Shown piece after piece: positions 58,315-64,000 of a stretch of 64,000 nt of DNA (positions are counted from its first letter, which is position 1; the number at the start of each line of letters is the position of its first letter). The position numbers and the translations under genes were made by a program. Source of the stretch: a virus; IMG/VR virus record IMGVR_UViG_2716884754_000002, positions 2,917 through 66,916 of that record, one strand, 5' to 3'. Below the pieces are notes generated by a model. The model was not told the origin of the DNA, ran no database searches, and was given only the letters and a program-made list of their open reading frames with translations.

Positions 58315-59376
58315 ATGCAAGAAGAAAATGAAATGGAAGATTTCATCGATTTTATATTAAATGATGAAGTAAAAGAAAAAGAAAAGGAATTGGGGTTAGA
58401 ACATCCTAGTGTAGAATATGAAGAAAAAGAAAGAGAGGCTGCAGATAAAATTTTAGAAGAAAGAAGTATTGAAGAAAGATTATCTTATTATACATGTAAA
58501 AGATTTCAGGGCGATGAACGAGGTGTATGTGATAAAATAAATAAATTAGGTAGGTGGTTAAAAGAAAAAGATGGTTTAGATATGCAACCTATTATTGATA
58601 CTTTATTGTCACCTTTAAGAGATAACAAAGATATGAATCCCGATTTCCAAAAACCATTAAAATATCTATATGAAACAGGTAAATTTAATGATATAACAGA
58701 AAAAAATGGTATATACACTTCTCAAAGATTATTAAATTGTGAATTAGTGAGAAATGAAAAAGGAGAATGGGTTTTTGTAAATAAGTTAAACACTAGTTGG
58801 AGTGATTTGGCAGAATTACTTACAACGTTATTTATGCGAGGTGGTAAAATAGAGTTGTTAAAAAATATGAATATTACTGAAATCAAAAATTTTATGTATG
58901 ATTTAAGAGTAAGTGGTAACCCTACTCGTAAAAATCCTCAAACATCACATTTATATAGATTATTGGATAAATATTTCGATGTTAACGAATATGGGGATTA
59001 TACATATAATACACGAAAAAATACTATCATAGGTGATGAGATTGAAGATTTAACTATAAAGTTATTAGAAAAACAAGGGTTTAAATTATTGTATCACGGT
59101 AGTAATGGTAATTTTATTGATATGAAATATGGTATTGATATGATAATGGAATTAGAGGGTAAAGTTTATTTAATACAAGTTAAAAGTAAATCTAACGCAG
59201 CGAAGATGGCGATGGATTACCCTAGTTATAAGTATATTGATTTGTTTGCTGGTGAAACACCAGATAAGAATGGTATAATGTTATACGACAGAGATTCAAT
59301 GAAAGAAGGTGAGTTCATTGCCAAAGATATCCTACAAGATAATTTAGATTATTTGATTAATAAGTATTCCAATTAG
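58315..59376 (+). CDS. hypothetical protein with C-terminal restriction-endonuclease-like PD-(D/E)XK domain
   Basis: GDEIEDLTIKLLEKQGF...YGIDMIMELEGKVYLIQVKSK. Confidence 0.55.
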   Translation: MQEENEMEDFIDFILNDEVKEKEKELGLEHPSVEYEEKEREAADKILEERSIEERLSYYTCKRFQGDERGVCDKINKLGRWLKEKDGLDMQPIIDTLLSPLRDNKDMNPDFQKPLKYLYETGKFNDITEKNGIYTSQRLLNCELVRNEKGEWVFVNKLNTSWSDLAELLTTLFMRGGKIELLKNMNITEIKNFMYDLRVSGNPTRKNPQTSHLYRLLDKYFDVNEYGDYTYNTRKNTIIGDEIEDLTIKLLEKQGFKLLYHGSNGNFIDMKYGIDMIMELEGKVYLIQVKSKSNAAKMAMDYPSYKYIDLFAGETPDKNGIMLYDRDSMKEGEFIAKDILQDNLDYLINKYSN

Positions 59377-59379
59377 GGG

Positions 59380-59387
59380 ATATTTAT
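59380..59387 (+). promoter_or_regulatory. ATATTTAT motif
   Basis: Exact 8-mer ending 6 nt before ATG 59394. Confidence 0.55.
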
Positions 59388-59393
59388 TAATAT

Positions 59394-61796
59394 ATGGATA
59401 AAAAATCATTAGACATAATAGTAGAAGAATTCTTTGATACCGGTAAATTGGTATTAAATGAAAATTACTGGGATGATACAGTAAGAATATTTACTAATTT
59501 AAGAAATAATCCTCAAACCGTTGATCAGTTATTAGATAGATATGACAGTATCCGTAATGGTGTCTATTCAGATAGAATTGGAAGGTTAAACGATATGATG
59601 GTTAATAATGAAATATCCGTATTTGATTTTATTGAAGGTTTACAAAGTGATGAAGTTGATGAAGAAGAATATTCGGAAGATGGGGTTATTTTCCCAACAA
59701 CTGACACTACTGAGGTAGAAGATGAAAAAGAGGTTGAAGTTTCTGACGAAGAATCTAAAGAAGAACCATTATATATTAGTGATAAAGTAGTAAAATTAAC
59801 CAATCCCATACAAAGAAAAAATCAAATTAAAAAACAAAATAATACTCCTTTATTACCATTATCTAGAAATTATGATGGTGATAAAGATAGTGAGTTATAT
59901 AAGTCTAATTTAAGATTGTTACAATATATTCTATGGAAAGGAGCCTGGACAAGAGAAGACATAGGTCCAACAGAAACTAGTGAATTGAAAAATGAAATAG
60001 ATAATTCCGAATTTGGGGAAATGACTGATATGTTACTTAGACTTTTCCAAACTATTCAAATGCAAAAAGAATATAAAGATAATAATGAACCGGATTATAT
60101 ACTATATTTTAATGATGGGCAACCTTCTTTAGAATGGAAAGAAGGTAGTATACCTATGTCTGTATATAAAAATTTACCACAAATATATAAAAATGAAGGT
60201 ATAGTAGATAAGGGGACATGGGATAAATTGATGAAAGTGATGGAGGAAAAAGAAATTATAAAATTAGAATTCATACCTAATTCTGAAGGTAATATAGATA
60301 GAATTGTTGATAAATCTCAGATAAAAACTATTGACGTAAATAATGATACCTTTGATGAAAGTAAGAGAGACATGTTTAAGTCATTATCACTTAAATTTTT
60401 TAATAATTTACATAATAATGAAATATATAAAACGACATTCCAAAAACAATGGGGGGATTTACAACAAAAGTTTTTGAAGGGTATACAAAGAGTAAGAAAA
60501 ATAGAAGAATTAGAGAAGAAAAAGGAAAAATTTTTAAATGGTTTAACTCTAGATTATAGAGAAAGAAATGAAAAAGGTATTAAGCGATATATAAAAGATA
60601 ATTTTGATACCCCAATTACAGATTTAAAGTCCACATCAAATAATATAGATGTAGAACCCATAGAGTTTTGGGAGAATTATAAAGATAGATGGGACGAAAT
60701 TAATAGAAGAACAGGTGGTGGAAGTACTGAAGGAGAAAGAGAAAAGAAGGATTTACAAAAAGAATATGTTAAATATAGAAATCGAAGATCTACTATTGAG
60801 GGTATATATGAAAAAATAATTGATAAATTAAAAGAGGCATTGAGAGGAAGAATATTATCTATAAATGAAATTAACACCATATTACATAATGTAAATGACT
60901 CATTATATGAAGTATTTGATACTGATAGACGACTTACCACACAAATAAACAATGCTAGAAACCTAATTAAGGATCTCTTTGATAAATTAAGTAAAAAGGA
61001 TGATATAGATGTATATGACGTAGTAGATTTCTTAAAAAACATAAATACTAGAAAACTCAGTTATGATGTATACGAAAAAAGTTTTTGTGGGTGTGAAGGT
61101 AATTATTTTAGAGGGTGTAATGGAAAAGAAGGTGATAAATCTAAGTTATTCAATACTGCCGTAAAAGAAATTAAAAAATATTTAGACGGAGACTTCAGAG
61201 ATTTGACAATTACAGGTGCTTCCGAATCAATTTATAACTTAATTATAGATAAGGAAACTACTAATGCGGATAAGTATGATATAATATCTAATAGTGCGGT
61301 TACTTTAACTAATAATGTAGTAATACCTGAAGGTAAAAAGATTGAGATTAAAAAATACGATGAGAGTTCATCATACACCTTATCCGAATTTATTGGTTTA
61401 TATAAAAAACAAAAGGATATAGTTAAGTATAAATACGAAAATGCTGAATATTATAAAAGATATAATAAAATAATAGAAGACGTAGTAAGACGTTTAAACT
61501 TGAATGATAATGGATTAGCAAATAGCTTCATAAATAATACAGAAGATGACGATAAATTATTTGGTGTTTTTGTTAGTAATTATATGTTTTATAAGTACGA
61601 TCAAATAGAAGTATTTTGGGATACAGATTCAGATCAAAAAAGATTTAGTGATGAATTTAGAATAACTCTTAAATTTAGAATTAAAGATAATGAACAACCC
61701 TCCCAATGGGTAACTGGTAATTGTAATCTTGATGAACCTAATACTATAGAAGAATCAATAACTAACTTTTTCGACACAGGTAATTTTGAATTTTAA
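59394..61796 (+). CDS. large hypothetical protein (800 aa) with FFDTG motif at both termini
   Basis: IIVEEFFDTGKLVLNE at the N-terminus and IEESITNFFDTGNFEF at the C-terminus. Confidence 0.7.
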   Translation: MDKKSLDIIVEEFFDTGKLVLNENYWDDTVRIFTNLRNNPQTVDQLLDRYDSIRNGVYSDRIGRLNDMMVNNEISVFDFIEGLQSDEVDEEEYSEDGVIFPTTDTTEVEDEKEVEVSDEESKEEPLYISDKVVKLTNPIQRKNQIKKQNNTPLLPLSRNYDGDKDSELYKSNLRLLQYILWKGAWTREDIGPTETSELKNEIDNSEFGEMTDMLLRLFQTIQMQKEYKDNNEPDYILYFNDGQPSLEWKEGSIPMSVYKNLPQIYKNEGIVDKGTWDKLMKVMEEKEIIKLEFIPNSEGNIDRIVDKSQIKTIDVNNDTFDESKRDMFKSLSLKFFNNLHNNEIYKTTFQKQWGDLQQKFLKGIQRVRKIEELEKKKEKFLNGLTLDYRERNEKGIKRYIKDNFDTPITDLKSTSNNIDVEPIEFWENYKDRWDEINRRTGGGSTEGEREKKDLQKEYVKYRNRRSTIEGIYEKIIDKLKEALRGRILSINEINTILHNVNDSLYEVFDTDRRLTTQINNARNLIKDLFDKLSKKDDIDVYDVVDFLKNINTRKLSYDVYEKSFCGCEGNYFRGCNGKEGDKSKLFNTAVKEIKKYLDGDFRDLTITGASESIYNLIIDKETTNADKYDIISNSAVTLTNNVVIPEGKKIEIKKYDESSSYTLSEFIGLYKKQKDIVKYKYENAEYYKRYNKIIEDVVRRLNLNDNGLANSFINNTEDDDKLFGVFVSNYMFYKYDQIEVFWDTDSDQKRFSDEFRITLKFRIKDNEQPSQWVTGNCNLDEPNTIEESITNFFDTGNFEF

Positions 61797-61826
61797 ATAT
61801 AAATTACTATATTTACAAAAAATTAA

Positions 61827-61834
61827 ATATTTAT
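61827..61834 (+). promoter_or_regulatory. ATATTTAT motif
   Basis: Exact 8-mer ending 4 nt before ATG 61839; a TTTG-N19-TATATTTA element lies at 61785-61815. Confidence 0.5.
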
Positions 61835-61838
61835 AGGT

Positions 61839-62477
61839 ATGGGATGTGATATTCATATGTGGGTAGAAAAGAAAAATCCAGTTACACATAATTGGGATAA
61901 GATGGGAAAAGTATTTTTCGATTCTTATGGTGCATCTCTTATTGTGCGAAATTTAGTGAATGTTATGGGGATAACCGAAGATGAAGGGTGGACTATTTTA
62001 CAAAAATGGAGAGATGGTGAAAAACCTTCTAATAAAACAGAAGAATTCATAATAGGTAAGTATATACCCCAAAATATGGCTGACAATCATTTACATTGGT
62101 ACGAAGCGGATAAAAAAGGATTATTACCATATCCTTATAGTGATCAACCTTATGGTGGTAGATGTTATAGACTATTCGGTTTATTAGCGGGTGTGAGGGA
62201 TACATCAATGGAAATGGTGGTGCCTGATAGATATGATCACTTACCTGATGATGTGAGTGATGAATTAAAAAGTATGTCAGATGGTTATGGAATGGACGCT
62301 CATTCACATAATTACTTAACATTAAGAGAATTAATGGATAGTAAGTATTATAAAATGAGTACGGATGAATTAATGGAGGATGGAATCGATCCATATTTCT
62401 TTAAAACTATGGTTCCTGATTTACAGAAATTTGGTAATCCCGATGATATAAGAATAGTATTTTGGTTTGATAATTAA
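61839..62477 (+). CDS. conserved phage hypothetical protein
   Basis: MGCDIH...RCYRLFGLLAGVR...HSHNYLTLREL...RIVFWFDN pattern, recognised from phage proteins of unknown function. Confidence 0.7.
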   Translation: MGCDIHMWVEKKNPVTHNWDKMGKVFFDSYGASLIVRNLVNVMGITEDEGWTILQKWRDGEKPSNKTEEFIIGKYIPQNMADNHLHWYEADKKGLLPYPYSDQPYGGRCYRLFGLLAGVRDTSMEMVVPDRYDHLPDDVSDELKSMSDGYGMDAHSHNYLTLRELMDSKYYKMSTDELMEDGIDPYFFKTMVPDLQKFGNPDDIRIVFWFDN

Positions 62478-62479
62478 TT

Positions 62480-63178
62480 ATGGAAGGGAAGAATAAAATA
62501 TTAATAATTGGTGTGGATAAAGAAATACACACATCAATTACCAAACATTTCGACACGTCAAATTTTGAATGTGTATGTGTGGTACATGGAAAAGAAGGTT
62601 TAACTAAAATTAGGGAAGCTAGGTTTGATATTATTATATTAGATGAAAAATTAGTAGATATTAGTGGGTTAGATTTATGTCAAACTATACGAATTGAAGA
62701 TCAAAAAACCCCTATCTTATACATAAGTTATCATAACGATGAAGAAAGAAAAATTGAAGTTTTAAAAAATGGTGCTAACGATTATCTAATAAAACCTTTA
62801 AATTATTTAGAAATTTTTTATAAAGTTAATAACTATATTAGGTTATTAGGTAAGTCCACTAACAATGTAATAAGTGATAAAACTGAAATTGGAAATCATA
62901 TTATTGATTTTAAATCTTTTGTAGTAAATGATACAAGTGGTGTCGAACAAAGGTTAACCCAAAGACAGGTTAAGTTATTAAAATTACTAATTAGTAAAAA
63001 GAATGAAGTGGTATCTAGAGAAGAGATATTAGAAAAAATTTGGGGTTACGATGTATATATTAAAACAAGGACAATTGATAATGTAATATTATCATTAAGA
63101 AAAATATTTGAAAAAGATTTAACACCAAACACTTATTTTAAATCAGTGAGAGGTGTCGGTTATAAATTAACTATTTAA
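62480..63178 (+). CDS. OmpR/PhoB-family response regulator (REC + winged helix)
   Basis: FDIIILDEKL (phospho-Asp), ANDYLIKP, VVSREEILEKIWG, RTIDNVI and SVRGVGYKL. Confidence 0.9.
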   Translation: MEGKNKILIIGVDKEIHTSITKHFDTSNFECVCVVHGKEGLTKIREARFDIIILDEKLVDISGLDLCQTIRIEDQKTPILYISYHNDEERKIEVLKNGANDYLIKPLNYLEIFYKVNNYIRLLGKSTNNVISDKTEIGNHIIDFKSFVVNDTSGVEQRLTQRQVKLLKLLISKKNEVVSREEILEKIWGYDVYIKTRTIDNVILSLRKIFEKDLTPNTYFKSVRGVGYKLTI

Positions 63179-63190
63179 AAACCTAAAAAA

Positions 63191-63264
63191 GGACTGGTAG
63201 TTCAGTTGGTTAGAATACCTGCCTGTCACGCAGGGGGTCGCGAGTTCGAGTCTCGTCCAGTCCG
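63191..63264 (+). tRNA. trnD: tRNA-Asp (anticodon GUC)
   Basis: GGACTGG/CCAGTCC acceptor stem, CCTGC-CTGTCAC-GCAGG anticodon arm, GTTCGAGTC T loop; no encoded CCA. Confidence 0.95.
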
Positions 63265-63265
63265 C

Positions 63266-63298
63266 AAAAAAAAATTAAAAAAAATTAAAAAAAAATTT
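63266..63298 (+). repeat. phased A-tracts
   Basis: A9-TT-A8-TT-A9-TTT, period about 10-11 nt. Confidence 0.7.
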
Positions 63299-63327
63299 GA
63301 CTTTTAATTATCTTTGTCTTATATTTG
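63296..63327 (+). promoter_or_regulatory. Bacteroidota-type -33/-7 promoter
   Basis: TTTG-N20-TATATTTG, with a second TATCTTTG at 63309-63316. Confidence 0.7.
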
Positions 63328-63370
63328 TATCACACTTTTGTTAAACAATTAAAAAAACAACAACTAAATT

Positions 63371-64000
63371 ATGGAAAATTCGTACACAAGATGGTTAGAA
63401 ATTCAAGAAGAAATGGAAAATAAAACTCCGTTAACAGAGAATGGTATGACAACTAATGATACTACATTAGATTCTTGTGTGGATTTATTTTTTTCCATTG
63501 GTGCGATGAGAGGAAAGAATAAAATTAGGTTAATTGAGAAATTTTCCAAAGCATATTCTGAGAACCCTTTAATTGCAACTAAAATCCTTTTTTGGGTTAG
63601 AGATGTGAGACAAGGTGCTGGTGAGAGACAAATCTTTAGAGATGTAATTTCTCATTTAGTAAAACTTGCACCACAAGTTGTTAGTAAAAACACTCACCTT
63701 ATTTCAGAATATGGAAGATGGGATGATGTATTCACATTAATTGGTACAGAACTAGAAGAGATGGTTATTGATTTAATTATCACTGCATTAAAAAATGAAG
63801 ATGGTTTATGTGCTAAGTGGATGCCACGTAAGGGTGTGGTATTTAACAAAGTAAGAAAGTCGTTGAGGGTAACACCTAAACAACTTAGAAAAATGTTAGT
63901 TGGTTTAACTAATGTGGTAGAAACTAAGATGTGTGCTAATGAATGGGATAAAATCGAATATTCGAAAATACCTTCTTTAGCATCAGCTAGGTATCAGAAA
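63371..64000 (+). CDS. DUF2828 (TROVE-related) protein, 3'-truncated, not in track
   Basis: Manual translation: LTENGM...CVDLFFSIGAMRG...KILFWVRDVRQGAGERQIFR...EYGRWDD...CAKWMPRK; open to the window end. Confidence 0.8.
   Translation, partial: MENSYTRWLEIQEEMENKTPLTENGMTTNDTTLDSCVDLFFSIGAMRGKNKIRLIEKFSKAYSENPLIATKILFWVRDVRQGAGERQIFRDVISHLVKLAPQVVSKNTHLISEYGRWDDVFTLIGTELEEMVIDLIITALKNEDGLCAKWMPRKGVVFNKVRKSLRVTPKQLRKMLVGLTNVVETKMCANEWDKIEYSKIPSLASARYQK

Noticed and set aside
1325-61042. Many 60-140 aa minus-strand or alternate-frame ORFs in the track (for example 1325-1576, 7019-7327, 21113-21442, 40797-41210, 60677-61042)
   Set aside because: They lie wholly within longer, motif-bearing genes, have the Ser/Phe/Leu/Ile-rich composition of antisense shadows, and show no motifs.
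63265-63370. Y RNA-like ncRNA beside the TROVE-related gene
   Set aside because: The spacer is unstructured A/T sequence containing a promoter, and the tRNA-Asp has a canonical cloverleaf and anticodon.
1-64000. Stop-codon reassignment (TAG or TGA), as seen in some large Bacteroidota phages
   Set aside because: Genes are long and intact in the standard code; TAG (2293) and TGA (746, 34828) end genes at sensible boundaries, and no suppressor tRNA is present.

Overview
This window is part of a large, AT-rich (roughly 25-30% GC by eye) tailed-phage genome, probably a jumbo myovirus infecting a Bacteroidota host. Host evidence: TTTG-N19/20-TAnnTTTG promoters, A-rich starts with no obvious Shine-Dalgarno, a Bacteroidota-type primary sigma factor, ECF sigma and OmpR regulator, and a T9SS-cargo-like propeller domain. 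Almost all genes are on the + strand. Layout: replication/recombination block (RecA-like, 5'-3' exonuclease, DnaB-like helicase, class II RNR, 1-5.6 kb); baseplate/tail block with very large Cys-rich proteins (5.7-33.2 kb); RuvC-like resolvase, primase, cyclic-phosphate-processing receiver protein, ECF sigma and tRNA-Leu/tRNA-Arg (33.2-37.4 kb); PD-(D/E)XK nuclease, SbcCD and RpoD-like sigma (39-45.3 kb); a late block of membrane proteins, cell-wall hydrolases and acidic proteins (45.4-61.8 kb); response regulator, tRNA-Asp and a truncated DUF2828/TROVE-like gene (62.5-64 kb). Strongest observations: (1) an exact ATATTTAT 8-mer precedes 14 mostly structural or late genes and looks like a variant of the host -7 element, next to a phage RpoD-like sigma; (2) many of those genes share (I/L)-x-E leaders resembling T4 capsid-targeting/prohead-protease sites, suggesting a tagged set of head-packaged cargo proteins; (3) one candidate cargo protein carries an M23 domain resembling vertebrate LECT2. 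All functional calls come from motif recognition by eye; no database searches were run.
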